Source of the DNA: Hormiphora californensis
Taxonomy: Eukaryota; Animalia; Ctenophora
DNA length: 64,000 bases
Direction: 5' to 3'
Assembly (NCBI GenBank): GCA_020137815.1
Contig: CM035351.1
Location: 9,176,001 to 9,240,000 of the forward strand
Positions within the stretch are counted from its first letter, which is position 1; every line of letters starts with the position of its first letter. Below the pieces are notes generated by a model. The model did no database searches. It worked only from the letters and a program-made list of their open reading frames with translations, and had not been told where the DNA came from. A program made the translations under genes and the position numbers. Below, in pieces: positions 1 through 12,624 of the stretch.

Positions 1-676
1 GACTTGAAGAAACGACTGTATATTTATTCGTTTTCTGTAGTTCTACCTCTCTTATCGACGTGTCTTTACACACTGTAAACAATAAACGATATGTAAGTCA
101 ACAGTTAAACTGATGTAGAATGAAGACAGCTTGAATACAAACACTATTGACGCTTAACTGACTGACTGATGCTTAACTGACTAGTTGAGATGGAGAGAAT
201 TCTCTCCTAATGATAACTTTTCTTGGGAACAAATTTACACACAACCCACCTGTGGCACGCGACTTTGGTTAGGATCGACTAAAATACCACGGGTTTGTGT
301 GCAAATCGATAACATGACTACTAGCACAGAGATACAAACCAGAGTGACCCGATTCAATGAAATATTAATACAAGTGTGAGTCATATTTGTGATCATTTAA
401 CGAGACTCGCCAACAATTATTTATTTTGTATTTGGCATATGCCTTAGCGGACTTATAATAGCTGTTTTAGAGCTAATTGCCGAACCACAATCATGTCATA
501 ATATATTAATTGTTGACACCAAACTTACCCTTTATATTCGAAAAGTCCAAGTGTGCTGATATTTCACTGTACCCTCCTTTTATTTGGTAGCACACTACAC
601 TGCATGTTTGTCATGCTTCCCTATATGGAATAATGAGAATGAATGAAAATATGAAATAATATACCTTTCACTCTTA

Positions 677-1438
677 ACGGGTGACAACTAAAATTCTGGA
701 ATTTTTTCTGTGAGCTCTAGCACCAAAACCGTTTGAGATACCTCTTGGAGACAGTGATAGAACGATTTTTCAGACAATTTTGAATCAGAATAACACTACG
801 GCAGAGACGAAAAAGTTCATTTTCATTACGCTATTGTAGCATTCCTTTTGCAAGGCCGAAGTATGTCGTACGGATATTTAAAATTTCTTTGTGATCAGAA
901 ACAACCTTCCCGATGAGATATAGTTCTCAAAATTTTAAGTTTGGTTGTTCACACCATCACCAACATAACTGCCAAGTTTGATTATTTTAGCTTGCTGGGA
1001 AGTTAATTTTCTACAGTCATTTATGTTTCAAAAGATTGAAAAAATGGCAATTTGTTAAATTACCTGCAAACTACGCTTTAGAGGGTTTGTTACAGAAGAT
1101 TTTGATCAGGTAATTGAGATTAATGAAGTTTGAAACCAAGTTAAGTTCGTTCAAATTGTCTGAAAAATCATTCTATCGCTATCCCGAAGCTGTATCTCTA
1201 ACAGAACTCGGATACTCCTAAAAAACGAGTCTAATCACAACGTGAATACATGAATTGGTGGGACAATAGGAAATGATGCGATATCGCAATGAAAATGAAC
1301 TTTTTCGTCTCTACCGTAATGTTGTTCTGATTCAAAATTGTCTGAAAAATCGTTCTATCACTGTCTCCAAGCGGTATCTCAAACGGTTTTGACGCTAGGC
1401 CCCACAGAAAAAATTCCAGAATTTTAGTTGTCACCCGT
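677..1438. mobile_element. Non-autonomous Tc1/mariner-type element (MITE) with ~155 bp TIRs
   Basis: Left end ta|acgggtgacaactaaaattctggaatttttt is the reverse complement of right end aaaaaattccagaattttagttgtcacccgt|ta. TA on both sides; no transposase ORF. Confidence 0.85.
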
Positions 1439-1470
1439 TATTAATTAAGAGTCTTAATGAAAGTAAGGTA

Positions 1471-1642
1471 CAGTCGGACCCCGATTTAGGGGCCCCCGAT
1501 TTAGTGGCACCCCGATTTAGGGACAGGATTTTTTCCCCCCGATATATGAAATTAACCTTATTTGACCCCGATTTAGTGGACACCCCGATTTAGTGGACAA
1601 GAGCCTTTCCCCCGAGGGTGTCCCTAAATCGGGGTCCGACTA
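1471..1642. mobile_element. pogo/Tigger-like MITE (~172 bp)
   Basis: TIR cagtcggaccccgattta...taaatcggggtccgact, preceded by TA; internal ccccgattta repeats; second family copy at 50713-50884. Confidence 0.85.
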
Positions 1643-2114
1643 TCTAGATACATGTTAAATTGATGTTGTAAACATGTCTCCCTGTAACTCTCTTTCCTAT
1701 AACATTACACCTAATTTTTTAATATGATTGTAAACTCGACCCGACTTGGGATTTGAATTTGCGACCGCGACTCTAGTATCATATGTGCTATAGAGTGGAC
1801 TAGGACATCACGATTAAGCCACTCTTTTAGTTGAAAATATATTGTTTTTATGTACAGAGACAAAAGGTATAGCACACACCTGACCCACCCTTCTTACACA
1901 TATAATCGAGGGAACATGAGTAGAACTATTTACAAATCGTGTCAAACCGTATAATCGACATAATTGTAAAGCATTGAGTGTTGAAATGAAATTTTATGTT
2001 TTAATCTTAATATTTACAGCTTTGATTCCATATTTAAACTCATTACACTTTGAATTATTCTCATTTCCACAGTTGGATTCTAGTCTGTGTGGCTATCTTT
2101 CACTTTCTAGTTCC

Positions 2115-2117
<3 letters not shown>

Positions 2118-2185
<68 letters not shown>
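2118..2185. repeat. (CT)n microsatellite
   Basis: Direct inspection. Confidence 0.95.
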
Positions 2186-2191
<6 letters not shown>

Positions 2192-2857
2192 GGCTGGTAT
2201 TGTAAATTGAGACTCATGTATTTAGCTGACGCAAATGATCTGCTTCTGAAAAGTAAAATCTCTCTCCCCCTCTCTCGCTCTCTTTTTATTCATCTCTACA
2301 TCTCTCTCGAAAAAAGAGAAGTGATATATAAACTAATGATCTCTCTCCGCTATCAGTGATATAAGTTATACTTAGCACTGCTCTTACCCTTCTCCTACCC
2401 TGTTCCTATCTAATAAGCTCTGTAGGATCAGAGATAAAGAACTGGTAAAAGCTAACAAATTACTTATTGGCGGCATACGTTTCAATGGGGAGCAATATGT
2501 AGTGGATCTGATATTTCTCGAAAGTGAAATCTATTTGAAAGCTCGAAGGGCAGTTAAGTACAAATAATGGAGACGGCATCTAGTTCAGGTCATGCAGTTT
2601 CTACGAATGATTTTCTTTACCGCCACAGACACAGCAGGGACAGGAAAAAAATTAAACGAGATTTAGCAAACAATTGGACAAAAGATTCAGGCAAGAAAAA
2701 AAAAACTACAGATGCTTGCAATAGGTCCTATCAAGTAAACTATAAAGAAAGTAATAAACTTAGAAAACGTTTGGCGAACAGCAATTTTAGAGATAATTGT
2801 TGCAAGGCTGGAGCTGAATTAAAGATAGAAATCATCATGTTCTGCAGTTCAATTTTA

Positions 2858-3545
2858 TAGAATTTCAAATCTTAGAATTTTTACAGTTGGCAATTCAACT
2901 TTTTAGAACTATGTTGCAGGAAAATGTTTTGCAATTCTCAATTCTACAATTTGAATTCTAGCTTAATTCAACTTTTGAAATTTCAGAACTTTGAGATTGA
3001 GAATATTGCTGCAGCAGCAAAATGTTTTACAAATCTGAATTCTTCAATTTGAATTCTAGCAATTCAACTTTTGATATTTCAGAACTTTGAGATTGAGAAT
3101 TTTGCTGCAGCAGCAAAATGTTTTACAATTCTGAATTCTACAATTTGAATTCTAGCAATTCAACTTTTGAAATTTCAGAACTTTGAGATTGAGAATTTTG
3201 CTGCAGCAGCAAAATGTTTTACAATTCTGAATTCTACAATTTGAAATTTCAGTACTCAAATCTTAGAATTTTTACAGTTGGCAATTCAACTTTTTAGAAC
3301 TATGTTGCAGGAAAATGTTTTGCAATTCTCAATTCTACAATTTGAATTCTAGCAATTCAACTTTTGAAATTTCAGAAATTTGAGATTGAGAATTTTGCTG
3401 CAGCAGCAAAATGTTTTACAATTCTGAATTCTACAATTTGAATTCTAGCAATTCAACTTTTGAAATTTCAGAACTTTGAGATTGAGAATTTTGCTGCAGC
3501 AGCAAAACGTTTTACAATTCTGAATTCTACAATTTGAAATTCAGT
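2858..3545. repeat. Minisatellite, ~96 bp unit, about 7 copies with higher-order duplication
   Basis: Unit aattcaacttttgaaatttcagaactttgagattgagaattttgctgcagcagcaaaatg recurs (e.g. 3061 and 3157); a variant block ctcaaatcttagaatttttacagttggc occurs at about 2865 and 3256. Confidence 0.9.
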
Positions 3546-4189
3546 ACTTCGAGAATTTGGCTGCATGCAGCAATCTGCTGAGCAAATGTTTGAAATGCGA
3601 ATTTCACTGTAGATTTTAAAGCAGACTCATCACGGAATTTGCATACTGAGAAGTAATACGAATTATTGCTGTAACTTGTACAGCAGACATATTACCAGTC
3701 AGTACTCCGATAGCTGAAAAACAAAACTACTGGTCTAGGTACACTAGTAGCGAGCGACCCTAACATAATGTTAAACTACTGTAAAGGGATGGGACTTTTG
3801 TCGAAAAGTCGAGCGGTGCTGATCGAGTCGTGCACTGTCTTTTTATAAGCTCGACTTAAACAAACTCTTGTGAGAGAGTTACATTAGAATGGAGAGATGA
3901 AAGGTTGTGAATATTCCCTATATGGAATAACTCCCCTAAATAGTGCACTCACGTGCGTATCATGTGATACGAAGCCATATAGAACTACAAAGAAAATAAG
4001 TACAGTCTACTGTTACAAGGATGATGACCTCATCTTAGTGCTGCAAAAGATCACTAGAGAAACTCTCCTACAATGCAGTAGAGTAGGAGCAGCATTCGGA
4101 CTGTGTAATTGTCTACTTCTCTGATCTATAATACCTCTGGAAATCGTGGATAACTACTCAAATGATTGATCTCATTCTTCCAGTTGCTG

Positions 4190-4194
4190 TTTCT

Positions 4195-4241
<47 letters not shown>

Positions 4242-4247
4242 CCTCTC

Positions 4248-4283
<36 letters not shown>

Positions 4284-4335
4284 AACCTTTTCGAAGGTAA
4301 ACTCTCTCTCTAACATCCCTCTCTCTCTGTCCCTC
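4190..4335. repeat. (CT)n microsatellite, imperfect
   Basis: Direct inspection. Confidence 0.9.
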
Positions 4336-4789
4336 TCCACACCTGCTGCAGTAGGTAACATGATACACACAAACTCAATATCTTTCTCTCTTATGGGTAT
4401 GCCTCTCTCCCTCTCATCATAAGACTTTAATGCTTGACAGCTGCTATTATTAATAGCCAATTACCACTGATAAATGAATCAAAATTCAAGTGAACTATGG
4501 ACTATGGTAAACTGTCAAAGCATTGGCCTGACCCATTCTCGTGCGAGAACTGTGGTCAGAGCATTGGCCTGACAGATGGTAAAAGAGAAAGGAAGACAAC
4601 AGTATGCAACAACAAGCATATTTGCGAACTCCCAATCAAAATCTCACACAAAAGAACAATATAATATTGTATTATCGAGAGGGACGGACAGAGAGATAGA
4701 GATAGAGAGATGATTTTACCAAAATAATAGAGAGAGGGTGACGGAACACTTTTACTTACAAAGAAGTACAAATTGAAAGGAAAGCTAGT

Positions 4790-6367
4790 TGACGGACACG
4801 TTTATATTACACAGGAACAGTACAAATTAGAAAGGAACAGCAACTAAGTTCGACGGAACAGTTTTACATTACACAGGAACAGTACAAATTAGAAAGGAAC
4901 AGTTTTACATTACACAGGAACAGTACAAATTAGAAAGGAACAGCAACTAAGTTCGACGGAACAGTTTTACATTACACAGGAACAGTACAAATTAGAAAGG
5001 AACAGCAACTAAGTTCGACGGAACAGTTTACATTACACAGGAACAGTACAAATTAGAAAGGAACAGCAACTAAGTTCGACGGAACAGTTTTACATTACAC
5101 AGGAACAGTACAGATTAGAAAGGAACAGCAACTAAGTTCGACGGAACAGTTTTACATTACACAGGAACAGTACAGATTAGAAAGGAACACCAACTAAGTT
5201 CGACAGAACAGTTTTACATTACACAGGAACAGTTCAAATTAAAAGGAAAGGAACAGCAATTAAGATCGACGGAACAGTTTTACATTACACAGGAACAGTA
5301 CAAATTAGAAAGGAACAGCATCTAAGTTCGACGGAACACTTTTTCATTACACAGGAACAGTACAAATTAGAAAGGAACAGTTTTACATTACACAGGAACA
5401 GTACAAATTAGAAGGGAACAGAAACTAAGTTCGACGGAACACGTTTATATTACACAGGAACAGTACAGATTAGAAAGGAACACCAACTAAGTTCGACGGA
5501 ACAGTTTTACATTACACAGGAACAGTACAAATTAGAAAGGAACAGCAACTAAGTTCGACGGAACAGTTTTACATTACACAGGAACACGTACAAATTAGAA
5601 AGGAACAGCATCTAAGTTCGACGCGGAGCACTTTTCATTACACAGGAAACAGTACAAATTAGAAAGGAACAGTGTTTACATTACACAGGAACAGTAAAAT
5701 AGAAAGGAACAGCAACTAAGTTCGACGGAACACGTTTATATTACACAGGAACAGTACAAATTAGAAAGGAACAGCAACTAAGTTCGACGGAACAGTTTTA
5801 CATTACACAGGAACAGTACAAATTAGAAAGAAACAGCAACTAAGTTCGACGGAACAGTTTTACATTACACAGGAACAGTACAAATTGGAGTATCGACACT
5901 AATAGCGAGGGCGCAACTAAGTTCACGAGGACAGTTTTACATTCCAGACAGGAATGTTGAAGGCGCCTATCGCGGAAATTTTTAGTATACAGCAGGACAG
6001 TAGAAAATTCAGACGGAACCCATTTTACCGACATTACACAAGGAACTAGTCAACTACACAGGAACATACAGAACGGCAACTAAGTTCGACGGAACACGTT
6101 TTACATTACAAAGGAACAGTACCAATTAGAAAGGAACAGCAACTAAGTTCGACGGAACAGTTTTACATTACACAGGAACAGTACAAGTTAGAAGGGAACA
6201 GCAACTAAGTTCGACGGAACACGTTTTACATTACAAAGGAACAGTACCAATTAGAAAGGAACAGCAAACTAAGTTCGAGCGGAACACTTTTTCATTACAC
6301 AGGAACAGTACAAATTAGAAATGACAGTGTTTACATTACACAGGAACAGTACAAATTAGAAAGGAAC
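4790..6367. repeat. Minisatellite, 62 bp unit made of three 20-21 bp GGAACAG-initiated subunits
   Basis: Unit ggaacagtacaaattagaaa-ggaacagcaactaagttcgac-ggaacagttttacattacaca repeated about 25 times, some copies lacking one subunit. Confidence 0.95.
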
Positions 6368-6477
6368 GCCACTGCCATTAATTTGTAACTTTCAAAATAT
6401 AGCACTGGAAAAGGTGTTAAATTAATAGTAATTGGGACTATAAAAGCAAGTGCAAATTGTATTTAGCTTTTCCAATC

Positions 6478-7590
6478 ATGTCTATTTCAAAAACGCGTCA
6501 ACTTGAAATGTCGAGGGGAAAGGGTTCAGAGCACATGTCAGATTCAGAATCTGACTCACTCTCAAATGTATCGGGATCGATGATCATTTCTGTCCCAAAA
6601 TATCAAAGCTTACTTCATTGTGTTTGCTTTGAAACATGATCTTAGTGACGTTGGTGTCAATACCGCTGAACTAACAGAGCGTGAAGCTCTACTTGTGAAT
6701 GCCATTAAGGAATCTATGTCATTATTTGAAATTCGGGAATTGCTAAATCAGAATCCAGAATTGGTTAATAATATTATGAACAAGTTGTTTCCGGAATGTG
6801 AAAATACATGCCCTAATTGCAGTAAATAATTTTCAACTCATGGGGTATATAAGGAGGCAATTGACGCATTTCTTCACACCATGAAAGCTTGTGACTTGTG
6901 CGACAAATCGTTTCCCTTCTTTTATGAACTCCTTGACCACAAAACCCGTGATCATTATAACGGAAACCCTATTGAAAATACTACATTAGACGGTACCAAT
7001 GATTGCGTTACAGCCGATGGTAGTGAAGGCAAACCTGGAGATATGGATACCAAAAAAGAAAATTCCACTATTATAGAAGCTACAAAAATTCCAAATTACA
7101 AGGAGTTGTACCAACTGCGAGATCAACAGGCTCGCAAGTTTGAACGTCTATACAAAACAAAGCTGATGGAGTCGAAACAGCATTTGAGTCGCATTAAAAT
7201 GTTTGAAAAGCAAATTGATGAATTTATAACTAATTTTAAGGACAGTACTTTTAACGATTTTTCCAATTCAATAATTAATGATAAAAGCATAGCTGATTTT
7301 CTAGAACTTAGTCAATTGATTGCTCAGAAGAAATTTACAAAAGTGGCACGTAATAACCAACTTTTACAATCTTTTAAAACTTTGTACTGTTTTTAAAGTA
7401 TGGGGTGATTCCACTTGTTGTTTCCAGCGAATAAGATTGAACGCAAAAGAAGAAATTGATTAAATAATTGATAAGAAGAGCATTGAAGAGTATAAAAAAT
7501 TGTTTCTAAAATATACTGAAGAGGTTGCAAATATTTCAGTGTCATTGAAAAGACGTTACTACTTTTAAAAGATTTAAAAGATGAAAATTA
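6478..7590 (+). pseudogene. Intronless, disrupted C2H2 zinc-finger protein ORF, probably transposon-borne
   Basis: Consecutive ORFs 6457-6639, 6620-6829 and 6881-7396 join across a frameshift and an in-frame stop. They contain CPNCSK*FSTHGVYKEAIDAFLH and CDLCDKSFPFFYELLDHKTRDH; AT-rich, no introns. Confidence 0.55.
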
Positions 7591-8105
7591 AAGTTGAAAG
7601 AACTTAATTTTATTATTTTTTTTTTTTAAAACAAAACCAGTCTCTTAATTTGTTTTACAAATAAAAAGTTTCAAAATTCCCGTGTTGTTCCGGTGAACAC
7701 TTTATCAATACACCTGGCACGTGTGTAACTTTGCATTTGTCTTTTTCTATGTGTTGGTAATTTATAATGTGTTATTTGAGTCGTGCCACTTTGTAATTTT
7801 TTTCTCTGTACCCGCTGTTCTGTTCCTTTCTAGTAAATTCACTGGAGTATATCAGAACACCTGGTGCATGTTATGTGATAGGGGTGACATCACTAACATA
7901 CAGAAATCACAATCGCGAATGTGGACCCTTGCCAGCGCCAAACATGTTCCAAGGCCCTTGCCGGCGCAGGTGATATTCTAGCAAACAGCTCTTGTCAGCG
8001 CCGCACAACTTTGGTAATTAGAAGTCAGGTGATATGCTCATACAAAATGAAAAAAATTTGTGCCACGTTTTTAGGTGACGACAAAGTACCATTTTATCTA
8101 CTACT

Positions 8106-11100
8106 AAAGTGAAAGCTCCAAGAAAGATTAGAAGATACAAATACTCCTAAGTCACGCTGGTAGTCAACAATATCAAGAATGTTACAGTTGAGATTATAAG
8201 AAGGTTGAAAGAACGGTAATTGACCCCAGGACAAATATCCGATCCTGGGAGACATGGAAATGACTCGACATTTGTCCGGGTGAAAATTTCATCTTATTCA
8301 CACAGAACCACTTGTAAAGATTGTCAATAGTAAACTGAAGATTCATAATGTCAGACTCACAAGTTATAACGCTCCAAGTTTTAATCGTCAGCAAAAAGGG
8401 CCATCTTGGTATTCCCTCTAGTAGTCAAAAATACATCATTGATGAACATGATAAAGAGAAGGGGTCCCAAGATGGAGCCTTGAGGGACCCCAGACAGCAC
8501 ATCAATAAGGTCAGACTGGCTGCCACTGATAACAACTCTCTGCTTCCTCCCCAAAAGATAACAGCGCAATAAATTAAACATTTTACCATCAATATTAAAC
8601 ATATATTTCAACTTCTCCAAAAGAATATCATGGTTAACACTATCAAATGCTTTAGAAAAATCATAATACACAATGTCAACTGCTTCTCTGTTATGATTTG
8701 AGTGAGTGAGATCATCGAGAAAGGGAATAAGTTGGGTTAAACAGGACTTTCCGGGAAGGAAGCCGTGCTGTCTAGGATCCAACTTACTATAACACTTCTC
8801 TAAAAGCTGATAATTAACAAGTCTCTCCAAGATCTTCATAGCAATACAAGTCAGGGAGATAGGTCGGTAGTTACGGACATCCTTCTTATCTCCCTTCTTG
8901 TGTACTGGTACAACATTGGCAGTCCTCCATATAGTAGGTAAACTACCAATGCTGTAGGCAATGTTGTAAAGTAACGATAAAGGATAAGCTAATGCACCTG
9001 CACACTTTCTATAGATCATGCTATGGATGCCATCAGGGCCTGCAGGCTTCATGGTATTGAGTTTCGACAGTACCCCATAAACATCACTCGCACTAAAATT
9101 CAAATTGTCCATATCATCTGAGTCAAAGCTAACATTCACAGTGTCATAGCTGCTAGGTGCCGAGAAGTTGGTGGCAAAGTGGTCATTGAACAAGTTAGCC
9201 TGTTCAATCCTATCAGTCCTAAAAACACTCCCATCATTGACAACAGGAGGGATTCTAGTTGATTTGGATGTGACCTTAACCTGCTTCCAGAACTTCTTAG
9301 TAACGGCGTCAGTAGTGTCAAGATCAAGAGAGGAACAAAGATTCTTATTAACAGTTTTCCTAAATTCTTTTCTAGCAGCTTTATACTTGTCCCAGTCAGC
9401 ACTCAGACCAGAGGTCTTAGCTTTGTCACGAAGAGCCTCCTTGCGTTTCCTTGCTCTGTCACAATCTGTGCCAGACCAGAGATGACAAGAAGAGGCCTTA
9501 ACTTTCTTTGTAGGAATGTACTTGTCAATGAGTTTATCGATGATAGCACAGAAGCTGTTCCAGTTAGCATCCATGTCGTCACCGAAAACATCACACCAGT
9601 CAATGATACTAAGATCAGTAGTCATACTCTCATAGTCACCCTTGTCAAATAGTCTAACTAATCTAGGGGGTCTGTCAATAGAGTTAGCTTTCACACCGAT
9701 AGAAAATCTAATAGCAAAGTGATCACTAAACAGAAATCATTTCTACCCAGTATATTTAAAGAGGACACCAGACCGGGGTCATTGGTGTATAATAAATCAA
9801 GTGTTCGGCCGTGAGTGTGTGTAGGTGAATTGATAAGTTGTGAGTGACCCAGGTCTCCCTCGAGGTAGGCGGTGAAACGCTGACTCAATGCATCACTGTG
9901 TGGAAAATTAAAATCACCAACAAGAATGTGCTTAGATGATGAGTTCGATTTAAAAAGACAGTCAAAGTGCTCCTTGAACTGGTCAAAGTTGTCAACCCCC
10001 AACGTTCCAACTCCTGTAGAACGTTGAGAGAGAGAACTTACTGCCAGTCGTGTTAGTAATAATAACAGTAAGAAGTTCAGCACACACACTAACCTTACAA
10101 AACTTATAACTACTAATATTCAAATCTTCTCTAACAGCAATCAAAACACCACCACCGTTTTTCCTGAACCGCAAAGGATTATCAGGATCAAACGGGTGGG
10201 TTTTGAGGGACCGATCTAGACGAAAAACCTTGTATTCTTTAGGAAACAAGGCGCTAGAGTTGATCTTACTCTTAAACCAGGTCTCATTGAGAATAACAAT
10301 GTCTGTTTTATGTGTGTAGATATAATCTTGACATTCAATAACTTTGGTGACATCCAGGGGAGGGTCAGCCAGTCCTAGGTGGCCTGGACTGACCAGCCCC
10401 TGGACGTTACAGTACATGGCAGTTAGAGGACCAGGGTTATAATAGAGCAATTACACTGGGTCAGAAGAACTTTATTAATTAGAGCTAGATAAAGGGGGGA
10501 GACAGCCCCGGTGACCTACCTTGAATCCAGAAAAGGGTGCCCCAAACAGCCGCTCCAGCAACATCGTCCAGCACCACTCCATCAACATACATTTCGAGCA
10601 TGACATACAGTGTGGAGAGAGAGGCATGGTTTAGTTAAACAGTTTAGAGGGGGAAGCAAGGGGGATAATAAATAGGGGGAACACAATGGGGGATAGCATG
10701 CACAGGTAAATGGGCAAGTTTTTATGAAAAACAATAGTACCCAGTAAAAAGTAAATATGAATCAAGGTCATAGAATGATGATAAATATCTAATAGAGTGC
10801 ATAATGTGGCTAGTCTGAGTCTGTAACTTTCAGACTAGTGACATTGTGCATCACCTTATCCTTGTCTTTAAACTTAACAGTGAACATCCTGTGCCCCGCA
10901 AAATAAACCCATTCAATAGATTTTAACTTCTCAAGATCTCTCTTTCTCTCGGCAAGTCCTTTACTCATCCTGTGGTACAGATCAACATTGCGAGTCTCTT
11001 GTATCCTCTTCCTCGAGGTCTTCTTCATCAGTTGATCCTTCAGGTGGGAGTGTGTCAGGACAACAGTAACAGATCTCGGTTTCACCGCTGTCTCATTCCA

Positions 11101-11790
11101 GCTACCATTCCTGTGTACGTGGCCGATATGGTCCCGGGTGATATCAGTACCCTCTCCAATGATGTTAATAACACTCTCCTTGAGAGCAGCTGGAGACTCA
11201 TCCTTATGTCGGGTAGTCTGGCGAGGATATTGTGTTCCTACCGGAGTAGGCCTCGAGTTCAAGCAGTCGTCATCATTGCAGGCTGGGTCACAACAGCAGG
11301 AGCAGATTTAGCATGCTCTTCAAGCTCAAAAACACGCACTTCAAGGTCAGTAACAAGCTGCTTCAAGCCACAAATCTCGCCCTGAAGGCTGGCGATAGTT
11401 TCCAATTGCGTGAGCTGAGTTTGCTGCTGTTCAATCAACTTTGTTGGCCCTCAAAAAGCAACATGATCACCTCCATCTGGTCAATGTTTGTCTTCTTAAT
11501 GTAATCTTGGTGGTGCCATCATCAAGAGAAGCTTTCAGTTCCTTACTTCTTTGTTTACTCAATCTCGTATGCCCACTCCTCCCGAAGCTAGCCACAATCA
11601 AGGCAGAAACTATGTGTGTAAAGTTGCTACAAACAGGCAGTTACTGCACAAAGAGAGAGAGGGGCAGCTCGTGCAACGAAAGGGGGGAATAGGAAGCAGA
11701 ATGTCTCTCACTCTCTCTGGAAAAACCGCACGTGCGGTTGCGCCGCGCGAGATAACTCTTTCTCAAGGGGGAGAAAAGGAGAGACCGCAA
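8106..11790 (-). mobile_element. CR1/L2-group LINE (ORF1 + APE + RT), frameshifted and 3'-truncated
   Basis: ORF1 remnants about 10810-11570 (coiled coil then RRM-like region). APE 9700-10450 (ILNETW, FRLDRS, GGGVLIAV, GDFN, TLDLLYTN). RT 8381-9694 (NYRPISLT, QHGF, DFSKAFD, GVPQGSILGP, FADD), running on to RDLGV..LSW at about 8110-8160. Confidence 0.92.
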
Positions 11791-12228
11791 ATTAACATTA
11801 TACAAAAGTTGAGGTTGTAGGCAATTGCACGTACGTCCATACTCAAATATGTGCTCTACACGGGATTAATGATTACAGGAGACGGCTTGAAATATCTCTT
11901 GAGGTCTCCGGATGGTTACTCAGGACCTAGAGCTAACTTTTGACACCCATGGTTTTACCCCAAGTTGAAAAAAAATAGTTCGGTTTTTGTTATGATCAAC
12001 AACATTTCAACTGCTGATTACACCAAGATGAAAACAGTTTGTGAAAAAGTAACACCTGTTTAGAGGTCGTGTCGAGGCTCGAAACTGATGTGACAAAAAC
12101 TGGAACAATTGGGAGAGGTCGATGTAGTTATCGACTCTACTAGAAGTGATGCAATTTCACAGAAATATGGTTAATTCACAGAAATAGGGCTAGTTCGTTT
12201 TCATTCGTAACCCATGCAATATTTTCAG

Positions 12229-12306
12229 GGATTCGGTGCCGGTAACTTCAAGGCTCTCTTCACTGCAATTGAGATTGAGCAGGCGGAACGAGGAAACCTT
12301 GTGTGA
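12229..12306 (+). CDS. HPD: Terminal exon of 4-hydroxyphenylpyruvate dioxygenase
   Basis: After acceptor attttcag the sequence reads [25 protein letters not shown], the conserved HPPD C-terminal motif (GFGxGNFxxLFxAxExEQxxRGNL). Too short for the ORF track. Confidence 0.85.
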   Translation, partial: GFGAGNFKALFTAIEIEQAERGNLV

Positions 12307-12624
12307 GAACCACCTCTCCTATCACCATTGCAACTCGTGTCTCTCTTCCTGGACTCTGAACTATTATTATTTTGTGTGCAAATATTTAATGTGAATGATG
12401 GTATGATTGTGTGCCTACTTTATGAGTGTGAGTCAATGTTTTCTATGGATAAGTTATATCACATTCCCGATCTTTCAATTTCCGTGTTTAAAGATTTGTA
12501 TTCGAAATGGATACCCATGTTGTTCATAATTGTGGCCACGTAAAACTATTTATTGAGGCGGCACCCCCCCTCAATTGTTTCAGTCGTATGACCCTACTCT
12601 GATCGGAGGAAGCTGATTACAAAT

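Noticed and set aside
1-415. Possible solo LTR on the minus strand (starts TGTTGG, AATAAA near window start)
   Set aside because: No second copy, TSD or internal domain visible in the window.
1735-1825. tRNA/SINE-like B-box on the minus strand
   Set aside because: No convincing cloverleaf or A-box.
4790-6367. CRISPR-like repeat/spacer appearance
   Set aside because: The spacers are the same three sequences recurring; eukaryotic context, no cas genes.
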